From: Lama glama
Taxonomy: Eukaryota
NCBI GenBank assembly: GCA_028534125.1
Contig: CM052816.1
Location: 78,866,001 to 78,930,000, forward strand
Reading direction: 5' to 3'
Length of the DNA stretch: 64,000 nt
Shown one piece after another: positions 24,690 to 36,654 of the stretch; within the stretch, counting starts at the first letter, position 1; every line of letters begins with the position of its first letter. The notes beneath the pieces are model-generated. The model was not told the DNA's origin. It worked only from the letters and a program-made list of their open reading frames with translations, and did no database searches. Position numbers and translations under genes: made by a program.

Positions 24690-24790
24690 CGAATCTGCCC
24701 CAGCATCAGGCAGAGTTTCTGACACACACATAGTAGGCACTCAAAAATGTATGTATGTTTTATTGACAAATTCCATATGACTAATGAAGT
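24690..24790 (+). mobile_element. L2 3' terminus
   Basis: 'ccccagcatc.ggcagagtttctgacac...tagtaggcactcaaaaatgt'. Confidence 0.65.
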
Positions 24791-25044
24791 TTAAATAAAT
24801 GCATTATTTGAAAGTAATTGATGGAACAGTGTAGGAATAACCCAAGAGGTTTGTAGTGATCTATATTCACTCTTGTTGCTGTTACTATTGCATGTTTACA
24901 AAGGGAAATACGGTATTACAGTTGCATTAGGTTATGCAATTTCATCATTCTGTTACCCTCTCCCCCAAGACAGCTGACTCTCCCAGAAGTCTCTTGTTGG
25001 AAAAGAATTTCTAAGTCACTGTTCTCTTTCAAGACGGTTAAAGT

Positions 25045-25480
25045 TGGTGTCATGGCATTTTAGTTGCAAGAGAAAGAAATCAACTCTGGCTAATTTAAGG
25101 AGAAAGGAACTTATTAAAGGATACTGGTAGTTCACAGAATCTTGGGTCAGGCCCAGGAATCAGCTCAAAATGCCACAGTGAGCCTGTCCCACGAAGACAC
25201 CACTGTCACTGGCACTAGGTCCAGATGCTGCAGACCACACAGCCAGCATCTCCAACGTAGACCCGGGCACTGCCTCAGAAGCAGTCACTGCTGCTGCCTC
25301 CGGACGTGGTGGAGCTGCTGTCACTGTGGCCACCCTCCCCAGAATGGGTTGTGAGTGATCACCTGGGTCTAATTCTAAATTCAGGGCAGAAACAAAGCTG
25401 AGGCCCCGGCCGTAGCTGCAAAGGTGTTGGGATGGTGATTATCTGGCATATTTACTCTGGGAGTGAAAGGTCTCTGTCTC
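25045..25480 (-). mobile_element. Old MLT1 MaLR LTR
   Basis: 'ttagttgcaagagaaagaaatcaactctggctaatttaag..gaaaggaacttattaaaggata' and 'tagctgcaaagg'. Confidence 0.65.
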
Positions 25481-25665
25481 TGTCCCAGATCCTAGCGCTG
25501 TTTTCTCAATATTCTTTCAAGGAATAAGAGTTGGAAAACATCTTTAATATACAGCTGCTGAGCACTATCAAATACTGTCTTCGTGTCTTCAGGAGAAAAA
25601 CCAGGGAAACAGAATATGTGGAAAGACAAGCATTGGACAGTGAACGTACAGAAATCATTGGATGG

Positions 25666-25735
25666 CAGTACACCTGAAACTAACATAATACAGTACATCT
25701 GTATTTCAAAAAAATAATCAAACAAAACAAAAAGC
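25666..25735 (+). mobile_element. ~70-nt 5'-truncated L1 with TSD
   Basis: 'gtacacctgaaactaacataat...tatttcaaaaaaa' plus an A-rich tail. TSD: AAATCATTGGATGG (25652-25665) / AAATCAATGAATGG (25736-25749). Confidence 0.8.
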
Positions 25736-26899
25736 AAATCAATGAATGGATATCATGGAGTCTGTGAATGCTCTGCAGTTTTATGCAAAATTAAGTGTAT
25801 TTCAAATGCACGCATTGTGCAAGAAGTTCAAGAACCTAGGTCCAGATTATGGCCTAAACCCATCACTTTGTAGACTAGACTAATAAACTGAGGTCCGGAG
25901 AGTGGTTTATTCAAAGATGCCCAGTCCTAGCAGAGTAAGGACTAGAATTGATGCCTTAAAATTTGTCTGAGAAACATCTTCTAACTGCAAAATATAGTTT
26001 GAGGTCATAGACACACCTGTCTTAAAACAACATGTCAATTTATGCCAAAGCTCTTGCATGTTTTCTGTAAACAGAGAAACCTGTGCCCAGACTTTGATTT
26101 CAACTTTGCTTTTCATTATGCTGTCAGGTATTGATATAAATCTTATCTGCTTTCCTTACATCCCCTACCGGTGACCTAAACACATCACCTGCAAGGAGGC
26201 AGGAGGCAAATCAAGCCAAGGATCAGAAGCCCCGAGGTCAGGCAACTCCAAGCAGCTCTAGCTACGGGGCGGACTCCTCAACGGCTCTTCCCAGTTGAAC
26301 CTGTGTGCGCAGCCACATGGATCTTCCTCACGGGCTTTGCTACCTCTGCTGAAACCGCCCCACCCCTCACAGCAAATGGACTGCCATTGAGACTGCTCAC
26401 TGCCCTGTCCAGCTGTTTGTCCAACAGTCCAGGTGTTGAGAACTCAAACGTTTACAGGGGTCAAACAAGCCATATGAGTAAATCTATCCAAGGTAAGACA
26501 ATAGGAAGTGGTGGGACCTGTAATGAACTCACAGAAGCTGGAGAAAAGTAAAGTTAGATTCCCACCTGATTTTTTTAACTCTAAAACAAATTGAGGGATT
26601 AGCTGCAATCAGTTATCTATATTGGTACATAAACAAAGTCATGTTACTTTTTTTTTTTTAACCCAGCTACATTAAAAGGATTGCCTGGCATACTTCAAAC
26701 AACACAACAGAAGGGCAGCGGAAAATTTCCAGTGCTTTGGACCACATGAAACAAATTTCAAAGCAATAAGGAGTGACAACCAATTTATGGATTGAGCAGG
26801 ACCATCATGGTGTCATGATGTTAGCAGGATTTTTTTGTCTTACTTAGTGAACACAAGGTAATGGTGTATCTCGCAATTGATGGTGTCTTAAAGAGACAA

Positions 26900-27090
26900 C
26901 ATATGCATTTGTTTGTGTGTGCATGTGCTGTCTCTGGAGGGACACACCAGAACGTGTAACAGTGGTTCTCTCTGGGGAGCAGCTCCGCATGGCGAGGGGA
27001 CAGAATGTTTAAAGTTTCTGATATCTTTGGAATTTTTTATCTGATACAAGTATTATCTATTCCAAAACTTAAATATGAATAAAAATGTAA
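26900..27090 (+). mobile_element. L1ME 3' UTR fragment
   Basis: 'tctggagggacacaccagaac..taacagtggtt.tctctgggga'. Confidence 0.6.
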
Positions 27091-27234
27091 AATACGAAGA
27101 TGGTAGCTCTTTATGTGCTAATGTGGAATGCAACCCAAGATACAGTGTTATTCAAATTTAAAAAAAGACAAAATAAGTAAATACCTGAAGTAGGCAGCAT
27201 ATCTAACTCCAACCCATTTGCTGTGCAGGAATGC

Positions 27235-27400
27235 AGACCCAGTGTTCCCAGAACTTCTAATTTTTCAAGAAAAGCTTGAAATCTCGATTTGATGTGAAAT
27301 TTTCTAATTTTTACTGTTGGCAAGCAATTCAAATTCTTTCAAACATGATTAGGACACTAAAACACATCTGTGAGTGGGCTGGGGTCCATGGACTGTCACT
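27235..27400. mobile_element. MER103-like hAT-Charlie element
   Basis: 'cagtgttcccaga.cttctaatttttcaagaaaagc..gaaatc...tgtgaaat...tgttggcaa.caattcaaatt...aaaacacatctg'. Confidence 0.7.
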
Positions 27401-27588
27401 TGGGGACATCTGTGTTGTTGCTGATGGTGGCTCTGCCACATAGTTATGCATGTTGTTCGGGGGCACCTGCTGAGGGAGTGAGTGCCCTTCTCAGTGAGCC
27501 ATGGGGCCTGGCACAGAGCTGCAGACTCTGGGAGGATAGGGCTCAAAGGGGCCATCACCTCCCCTAGGACTACACCGAAGTCACAGGT

Positions 27589-27607
27589 TTGCCTCTAGGG
27601 GGCGCCA
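27589..27607 (+). promoter_or_regulatory. Strong CTCF-like motif
   Basis: TTGCCTCTAGGGGGCGCCA matches consensus TGGCCACCAGGGGGCGCTA at 15/19 positions and retains its CpG. Confidence 0.6.
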
Positions 27608-27766
27608 ATTTCTATTTCAAGCCAAGGTGGTCTTCAGGTTAGTGATGGCCCTGTCTGATGGGGAAGCGAAGACCAGTGATTCTAGTTTTTTAAGATGATA
27701 CTCAAATCCAGATCTGTTTTTTCCCCCTGCCATAAAAATAGATGACCCCTGGCCCTTTTGGCTTAT

Positions 27767-27907
27767 TTTGTTTTATTAGGTTTTTTAGTGGGGGGAGGTA
27801 AATTAGGTTTATTTATTCATTTATACTTTTTGAGGGAGGTATTGGGGATTGAACCCAGGATCTCATGCATGCGAGGCACACGCTCTACCACTGAGCTATA
27901 TCCCCCC
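27767..27907 (-). mobile_element. tRNA-derived camelid-type SINE (vic-1-like)
   Basis: Minus strand has A box TAGCTCAGTGGTAGAG, B box GGTTCAATCCC and tail 'aataaacctaatttacctcccc'. TSD: CCCTTTTGGCTTAT (27753-27766) / CTCTTTTGCCTTAT (27909-27922). Confidence 0.9.
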
Positions 27908-28774
27908 TCTCTTTTGCCTTATGAACTGTGTGAGATGAAGGATTTGCTAGCTCAGAGGGCCAGGTGGAGTTCACAAACACGGCTACACAGGACTCTGAAG
28001 TCGTGTCTGTCTTGGTTCTTTTGGGGTTGACCGAGATAGACGTGGCAGGTTTTCAAGGAGACAATTCTTTTCGCCTTGTTTTGTAAAAAAAAAAATCTGC
28101 CAAAGCTTTTGTATTTTTTCCTCCTTTCTATAGATGAATACACAGCCCTTGGCTGTCATCAATTCCTGCTCACCTACCCACAAACCGATACGTTACATTG
28201 ATGCTAAAGGAAAACAATTTAAATCAGTAGGAGCATTTGTTGTCCTGAGAATTAAATGAGATAATATATTCAAGGGGCTGAGCACAGTGCACGATGAACT
28301 CTCAGTAAGTGGTCACTTATTTTTTCCAAATAGAGATGTAGGATAAACATGCACAGTCCTAAAAGCCTTCACACCTTATCAAGTTAGAAGTGAAACATCT
28401 CTTGCTGTAGGCTCTCAAAGCCTTAGGCAGCCACTGTAAACACCCTCAAAACACGGGTCATTACAAGTTATGAATTGACGTAAATTTGGAGGCTCTAGTC
28501 TAAACACCCCTTGTCAGCACTGGAAAGCAGGAGAGGAGATCAAGGGAAGATGAGAGACAGAACAGCCATTCCTGTTTGTTAGCTATTTTTTTCCCCTCTG
28601 TATTAAAAATCAACTCTAAGATTGCTAAGAAACTGGCTGTCGTGTAAGCTGGGACATTGACTCTGATTCGGGACAAAGCAATCCGCACATTTTCTGCACA
28701 CTGCCTGCCCCTGCACCCACAACATCCACTGAGTTAAAACCAATCGGCAACACGGCACAGTGGTTTCCAGGCTA

Positions 28775-28930
28775 GGTCTGTTTCTCCTGATGAAAATAGT
28801 GATTATTAAAACAATAATGACAATGGTAATACCTATTTCATAGGGTCAGTTCAAGGATTAAATGGGGAAATATCTCTAAAATGTTCTGCACAGGGCCTGG
28901 CACACAGAGGTGTTCAGGGAGCATTAGCTG
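28775..28930 (+). mobile_element. MIR 3' portion
   Basis: 'taatacctatttcatagggt...aaggattaaatg...cagggcctggcacacag'. Confidence 0.7.
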
Positions 28931-30561
28931 AGATCAGGCACCGGAAAGAACGACTATGAAACTTCATGCATTCGTCAAAGCTTGTCAAGTGCCCTCTATG
29001 TGTCTGTGCTGGGCACTGTGCTGGGAGCACACCCCCAGACAGGGAGACTGGGCCCGAGCGGTTTATGGGCTCATAGAACCATCATGTAGGGTAGACGAGC
29101 GACAGAGGACACAGTTGCAGTGTGATGAGCAGACATCCAGAGGTGATGGGAATGTCTGTGGGAATTTCGTATTTTGCACAGCCTACTCCAATCTTCTTGT
29201 TGCCTGTAGCTTGAACTTTGTCTTCCATACAGAGCCAAGTGGGTCAGTAATTGCATAATTTTGACAAAGTGATGACTCAGAATCAAAGGAATCCTGCGCT
29301 CACCTCATTTATTTCTTGCACCAGCCTTCAAGGTCATGCTCAGATAACCCAAGATATCCATGTCTTCCCTTTTCCGCATGAAACCTTTAGTGGAAGAGAC
29401 TTACCGGTCTCTCTGGAAAGGCATGTGTTGAAGAGCCTTCCAATCAAGGTTGCTTTCTCATATATGCCTTTATTTTCTTGCAATACATCAGGCAGATTTT
29501 CTCTTAAGGAAGGGAAGTGAGCCAGGCAGAATTTCTAGATCACAGGTACCTCGCTGCCCTTTCTGCTCCTGCTAATCCACTCTTGAGGGTAGTTCTTGGC
29601 CGTATTTTTGTTTCTCATTGAAGGAGGCATTAGAATGCCATTCTGTTGCATTCCTGGGGGAGATATTCAGCAAAAGGCCTTCCTGAGAAATTATGGTTAA
29701 AGCTTAGTTAAACTGGAAACACTCTATCATTGTTCAAGAAGTTTTAGTGACTTTCCATTACCCGGACTGGAATCTGGAGTATCTGTTTCTTGCTTTTGCA
29801 ATGGTTTCTATGGCATAATTAGGGCAACACCTGCAGGGGTTGAGGGCCACAAGGTTGAGGAGCCCCAACTCACCTGTCTCTACCTTAGCCAGGGAGCTAA
29901 TTTCATTTCAGCCAACATAAATTGGGCACTTCCTGTGCTGCCAGTTCTGGGCCAGGGCATGGCTATTTGGAAGATCATTATGTCTTGTAGGTCAGCAGAT
30001 GCCACTCAGTGCAGCTAAACCTTTAAGAGCCACAGGCATGTTTATTTGGTTCAGACCTCAGCTAGCTTAGAACTAGAAGAGACCTTAGGAATTGTCTAGG
30101 ACTCAGCGATGGATTCCCTTCTCCAGAATTTCCAATTTCCTCTTGAGTGTCCACGCCTCCGGGGAGCAGGAAACCTCTCCTTCCAAGGGGCATTGTTCCA
30201 CCTGCCACCCAGAGATTTTTTAAGTAAGAATTAAACAAAATATTACAAATAAAGAAACAAGGATATAGTATGCCCTCAACTAAATATTAATTCTTTTTCT
30301 ACTAGGTTAGAAAGTTCTTCCCTAAATTGATCTCAGGACAACCTCTGTCTCTTCTAGTCATATTGGTTTTCACTTCACTTTCTGAGTCAACGTGAGACAG
30401 GTTTCCTCCTCCACATGACAGCCTCAAAGCTTTGGAGAGAGCCGCCTCCAGTCTCACCATTCCTACACTCATCTCATGCTCCTCAGTGTCACTGTCTCAG
30501 AGCAGTGACATGTTCGGCTGCCAGAGATCCTCCTTTTTAGTTATATTATCCATCACCTTGG

Positions 30562-30995
30562 TTTTTAAAAAAATTTTTAATTGAAGTATAGTTAATTTAC
30601 AATATTAGTTTTTAGGTTTACAGCAAAGCAATTCAGTTATACATAGACACGCACACATATATTTTCTTTTCAGATTCTTTTCCATTTTATGTTGTTATAA
30701 GAAACTGAATATAGTTCCCTGTGCTATACAGTAGGTTCTTGTTGTTTATCTACTTTATGTATAGTAATGTATGTCTGTTAATCCCTAACCCCTAATTTAT
30801 CCCTCTCTGCCCTTTCCCCGTTGGTAACCATAGTCTGTTTTCTATGTCTGTGAGTCTGTTTTTGGTGTGTAAATAGAATTTGTATAATTTTTTTAGATTC
30901 CACATATAAGTGATATCATATGATATTTGTCTTTCTGTGTCTGATTTACATCTCTCAATATGATAATGATCTCTATGTCCATCCACGTTGCTGCA
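30562..30995 (-). mobile_element. 5'-truncated young L1 (artiodactyl-type 3' UTR) inserted in an L2
   Basis: 'ttaattgaagtatagtt..tttacaat...tatagttccctgtgctatacagtagg...tagattccacatataagtgatatcat'. Confidence 0.9.
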
Positions 30996-31200
30996 TTGTT
31001 TTCTTTAAGCACTGTTCACACTGTCTTGCTTATCATTTCTTTATTGTTGTCTTGCTCATCATTTCTTTATTGTTGACTATAATATAAGCTCTTGAGGTGG
31101 GGATCTTGTCCCTCTTATTCATTACTGAATCTCTTGTACTAGACCTGTGGCTGGCAAGCTCTCAACAAATACTCATTGATTATTAGTTCAATGAGTCAAG
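30996..31200 (+). mobile_element. L2 3' end containing a 26-bp tandem duplication
   Basis: 'ataagctcttgagg..gggatcttgtc...ctcaacaaatact'. The duplication is at 31022-31073. Confidence 0.65.
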
Positions 31201-31567
31201 GAGCAAACCTGAAATGAATCTTTCAAACGTTCAATTTCTTGGCTTCAGGTAACCAAGTAGCTCCATCTTATAGATGACAATGAAGGATGAAGCTAAATTA
31301 GAGCAAGGAACATCTACTAGCCACTTCCTTTCTTAGACCTTTGAATACAGCGTGATACTGAGAGAAATGAAAAGAAGCTGTCAGGACAGGATCTTATGAT
31401 ACATGACGATATCTTACTGTGTGGTCTTGAAGAAGCCTCTCCACTTTTTAGAGCTTCAGTTTCTCATGTAGGAAATCCAGAAGGCAGACAACTTGATAGT
31501 GAAGGTGCCTGGACTCCACATGGCTCAAGTTCACTTAAGAACTGAACATTCTCCATTTGCAAAGGGC

Positions 31568-32222
31568 CAGTGGTACCCAAATCTGGATGTACATTTGAAT
31601 CACTTAGGAGGTATCTTATTAAATCAACTTTACTGAGGTGCAATTTGTATGCTATTAAGTGTATGCAATTTAAAGTGTATAGCTAGATGAGTTTTGACAA
31701 ATGTATACATCCGTGTAACTACGACTCCAATAAAAATATAGAACATGATCATCTTACCAGAAAGTTTCCTCATGCCCCATAGCAACCAATTCACCATTTA
31801 ACCCTCTGCCCTATGCAACCACCAGTCTTATTTCTATCAATCACTGCAGATTAGTTGTGTTTATTCTAGAACTTCATATATATGTATATAAATGCACACA
31901 TACATATACACACACACTCATATATAATCATATATACAATATATATTATCATAATGATACAGTGTTTACTCTGTGTGTCTGGCTTCTTTTGCTCAGAATA
32001 TTGCTCAGAATATTGAGATTTCACTCCTGTTGCTCCTTATGTCAGTAGTTTGTTTTATTTATATAGCTGAGTAATTGTTCATTCTAGAAAGCTTCTTAAA
32101 CAGAGACTCCTGGGCTCCACTGATGCTCTTGACATTGGGATCTCTGAAGTTGAAGTCCAGAAACCCCTGTGTTTAACATGCTCTAGAAGGAATTCTTATG
32201 CAGAAGCCGAGATTGGGAAACT
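31568..32222. mobile_element. MER5A-type hAT MITE split by an L1 insertion
   Basis: Left part 'cagtggtacccaaa.ctgg..gtacatt.gaatcactt.ggag'. Right part 'gactcctgggctccac...tttaaca.gctc..ga.ttcttatgca...ttgggaaac'. Confidence 0.65.
31615..32085 (-). mobile_element. L1MB/ME-type 3' end
   Basis: 'aactttactgaggt...gatgagttttgacaaatgtatacatccgtgtaac...gtgtctggcttcttttgctcag'. Confidence 0.8.
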
Positions 32223-32831
32223 TTTAATGAGGGGATTTTCCCCTTCCAGTTCAAATAGTTCCCACAAAGCAACTGTTCGTTGGCTGGGAGTAAACTGGTC
32301 ACAGGTTCTGTGCAGGACTGAGAACTCTCCTTCCTGTTGGACTGTCTCAGCCAGAACGGTGGCCTTCCACAGCTCGTGAGGTTCCTGGTGCCTGTGACAA
32401 ATCCCGGAGAGTCAGCTCTGCACATACTCTTTCAGCTCTAAGGCACCTGTAAATTGAGTTACGGGTCTTAGTGTTCACAGGTAAGTCTATAATTGTAATC
32501 CATAAAGGCTCGCCCCCGTCACAGAGAAGCAGAGGTCCTGTGAGCAGGCTTTCATTTCAGCCCAGCTGCTGGAATTACTCATGACACTTTTATGAGTTGT
32601 TTTACTGTCTGGTAAAGTTTTTTTTTTTTTTTTCATTTTTCCCCTTAACAAATAAAGGCAGCATTCTTTGACCATAGCACACAAACGCCACCTTCAGGAA
32701 GGAAAGATAACATTCTCATTAGGCCGCAGGGACCCAGTTTCCTTTCCTGTATGAGAACTTGCAAAAAAGTCTTAAGATCAATATACAGTTTGTGTTTTTA
32801 TAAACCTTCATTCCAGATCTTAAAGAGATAG

Positions 32832-35090
32832 ACTTTATTTTTCAGGGCGGCTTTAGGTTCACAGGAAAATTAAGCAGAAAGTAGAGAGATTTTCCAGATT
32901 CCCTCCAGTATATACACAATGCCCCACAGCAGATTAGCTCGCTTGTTACAGTAGATGAGGCTGCATCATTGTCTCCCACGCTGCAAAGTTTTGATTAGGT
33001 TTCACTCTTGGTGTTGTATATTCTATGGGTTTGGACAAATGAATAATGACATATATTCACCATTATAGTACCATATCTCATACAGATAGTTGCACTGCCC
33101 TAAAAATTGTCTGTGTTCTGCTATCTATCCCTCCCTCCCCTCAAACTCCTGCCAAACACTGATCCTTTCACAATTTCTATAGTTTTGAAGAATGTCATAT
33201 ATTTGAATTATACAGTATGTAGCTTTTTAAGGTTGGCTTCTTTCACTTAGTAATAGGAATTTAAGATTCCTTCATGTCTTTCCATGACTTGTAGCTTGTT
33301 TCTTTTTTAGTGCTGAATAATATTTCATTGTCTGGATTTACCACAGTTTATTTATCTGATCACCTTCTGAAGGGCATCATTGTCATTTCCAAGTTTTGGC
33401 AATGACGAATAAAGCTGCTGTAAACATCAGTGTGTAGGTTTTTGTGTAAACATAACTTTTCAACTCCTTTGGATAATACCAAGAAGCACAGTTGTTGGAT
33501 TATGTGGCAAGAGTATGATTAGTTTTGCAAGAAACTGTCAAATTGTCTATTAAAGTAACTGTATCATTTTGCATTCCCACCAGAATGAATCAGAGTTCCT
33601 GTTGCTCCACATCCTCACCAGCATTTGGCGTTGCCATTATTTTGGATTTCAGCAATTCTAATGGGTATGTAGTGATATCTCATTGTTATTTTAATTTGCA
33701 ATTCCCTAATGACGTATGATATACAGCATCTTTTCATAAGCTTATTTGCCATCTGTATATCTTCTTTGGTGAGATTGAGATCTTTTGCCCATTTGAAAAA
33801 CTGGGTTGTTTATTTTCTTATTGTTAAGTTTTCAGAGTTCATTGTATATTCTGAATGCAGCCCTTTATTGGATAATTCTTTTGCAAATATTTTCTTCCAG
33901 TCTGTTGCTTGTCTTTTCATTCTCTTCATGGTGTCTTTTGCACATTGGCAGTTTTTAATCTTCATAAGTCTAGTCTATCAATTATTCTTTCACAGATTGT
34001 AACTTTTGGCATTGTATCTAAAAAGTCATTGCCATACCCAAGGTCATCTAGGTTTTCTCTTATGTTATCTTCTGGGAGTTTTATAGTTTTACATTTTACA
34101 TTTAGATCCATAAACCCTTGTGCATTAATTTTTGTGAAGGGTAGAAGATCTTTATCCAGAGTCACTATTTTGCGTGTAGATATCCACTTGTTCCAGCACC
34201 TTTTGTTATAAGGACAACCTTTTCTCCATTGTATTGTCTTTACTCCTTTGTCAAAGATCCACTGACCGTATTTATGTGGGTGTATTTCTGGACTCTATTC
34301 TATTCCATTGATCTATTTGTCTGTTTCTTTTTCTGTTTGATTACTGTAGTCTTATAGTATAATCAAGTACAAGTAATAGAAATGTTGAAGTTGGACAGTG
34401 TCAATCCTCTGACTTTGCTCTCCTATAATATTCTGGGTCTTCTGTCTCTCCATATAAACTTTAAAATCAGTTTGCAGATATTCACAGAATATCTTGCTGG
34501 GATTTTGATCAGAACTGCATTGACTCTATAGATCCATTTGGGAAGAATTGACGTCTTGATATACTGAATCTTCCTATCTATGAACACATAACATCTCTCA
34601 ATTTATTTGGTTCTTTTTGGTTTCTTTCATTAGAGTTTTGTGGTTTTCCTCAAGTGGATCTTATACATATTTTGCTATCTTTATACCTAAGTATTTTAGT
34701 TTTAGAAGTACTGATGTAAGTGGTATTGTGTTTTAAAATTCAAATTCCACTTGTTTATTGCTAGCATGCAAAAAAGCAATTGATTTTTGTATATTAACAT
34801 TGCATCTTGCAATCTTGCTATAATTGCTGATTGGTTCCAGGGTGTTTTTGTCAATTTCAGATTTTCTGTATAGACGATCATGTCATCTATGAACAGACAG
34901 TTTTGTTTCTTATTTTCCAAATTTTAAGCCTTTTATTACCTTTTCTTGTCTCATTTCATTAGTTAGGACTGACAGGACAATGTTGAAAAGGAGTGGTGTG
35001 ATGGGACATCCTTGTCTTGTACCCGATCTTGGTAAGAAATCTTTTAGTCTCATCATTAAGGATGATGTTAGCTGTAGGTTTTTGGTAGCT
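32832..35090 (-). mobile_element. L1MC1-like LINE-1 (3' UTR plus decayed ORF2 reaching the RT domain)
   Basis: 3' end 'ttaggttcacaggaaaattaagcagaaagta'. ORF 33962-34165 (FTKIN..DLNVK.KTIKL.EDN..G.DF) and ORF 34702-34920 (LFIDDMIVY.EN, cf. LFADDMIVYLEN) match L1 ORF2p. Confidence 0.92.
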
Positions 35091-35521
35091 GCTCATACAG
35101 TTAATTTTAATCTGTTTCATGTAAATATCTTAAATCTTTTGAAATATTACTAAAAAAATGGAAGCAATGAGAACTCAGGCAACATTGAACTATGAAAAGT
35201 TTATCAGATATCTTTGTATACTACAAATAGTTAATTGTGCTTTAAATCAGCTAGTTAAAGAAAATTGTTCATAAGTAGTTTCACATTAAAATCTGGAAAA
35301 CATAGGTTCTTCTGGCCGATTTTTAATCTATGTGTTGTTATATAAATTCTTTCCTAATTGGCCATACTTACACATTATAGATTTTACTACTATGATTTAC
35401 ATTTTGTTCACTGTTAGTCTCATGATGGTTTCGATAATTATGACATCTTTCAACATCTTTTGTGTGGCTAGTACTATAATAAAAACACTAAAAAGTTTAA
35501 GTCATGGTTTCCTCTTTCTAG

Positions 35522-35677
35522 GGACTTTGAGATCCATTAGGGAGTCAAGAGAGACATTAGGTATCTGGTTAGCACGAGCAATGGCTTGGAATTGGGAATG
35601 AACATGACATGGATAAGAATACGGAAGCAGAGGTTGAAAAGAATGGTCATGGAATTTCGATGGATCCATGGGGAGAG
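35522..35677 (+). other. Candidate internal exon (probably non-coding or 5' UTR)
   Basis: Acceptor 'gtttcctctttctAG' and donor 'GAG|GTAAGT' bound a 156-nt purine-rich segment. All three frames contain stops. Confidence 0.35.
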
Positions 35678-36567
35678 GTAAGTATCTCTTTAAGATGTGT
35701 TTATTCATAATTTTATTTTCTGTAATGATAAAGGAGGGGATTTTTACACTTTAAACAGAATGAATAGAACCATATTTTAGTTTCATGATTTATGTTGCTT
35801 GTTATAAGTAATTGCAACTATCAGAAATATGATAGAATGATTAAAATACCCCCTCCACCCCTTAAGGATGTTAGGATACAGCATGTCCTTTCCCGCTTCC
35901 CCCTCAACATTTTTGGAAGGTGGTGAGAGAGCTAGTCTGGCTGCAGCAATGGGCCACTGCATTTGTAGGTAGGATGAAGGCAGATTTCTTCATCCTGGCT
36001 TCCATTATTTGGGTCTTCCTCTGACCCTGTCCCCGAAAGTAAGGGGCTAATCACCCAAAGAACGAAAGCTCTTTTACTACCATTGTAAAGACAGCATGGG
36101 CTGCTGCATTCATAGAAAAATGCCTAGTGTACCAAATATGTATAAATTTGGTTTTCCTGCTACTGTCAGTTGAGTCCCAGTTCTCTATTTCTGTAATAAT
36201 GGAAATTTCCTGCATGCTTGGCTTATTGCCCTCAGGTTTTAGTGCTCGTGAGAGGACTGCATCATCGAGACTTGTGGTATGAATATTAGAGGTTGCCTCT
36301 GCTAACCCTCCGAGGAGTCAGAGGGTAGAATGCAAATGTCACTGGTGCTCTCTGGGGTCACAGGTCACAGGGCTAGGGCTGGTCATCTCCCTAGTTCCTA
36401 TCCTACTCTGTGGAAGTTTAACAGTCACAGTAGCCCTTACAAAAGCGACCTTGTATAAAGGTCTCAATGTCGGCTTTCCAAAGCCTCAAAAAAGGGCACG
36501 ACTGTATCTCTCCTTCTTTTTTCATAGTGGCTGACCACCTATAAAATCTCCCACTCTGAAAGACAAT

Positions 36568-36612
36568 GGTATATGAAAGACCAGGTCTTTCATACCAGGT
36601 CTTTCATATACC
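36568..36612. repeat. 15-bp perfect inverted repeat with internal 14-bp tandem duplication
   Basis: GGTATATGAAAGACC / GGTCTTTCATATACC, and CCAGGTCTTTCATA x2 at 36581-36608. Confidence 0.9.
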
Positions 36613-36654
36613 TGAAGAGCTTTCTTGATTAATGTGGATGAAGGCCGCCATTCA

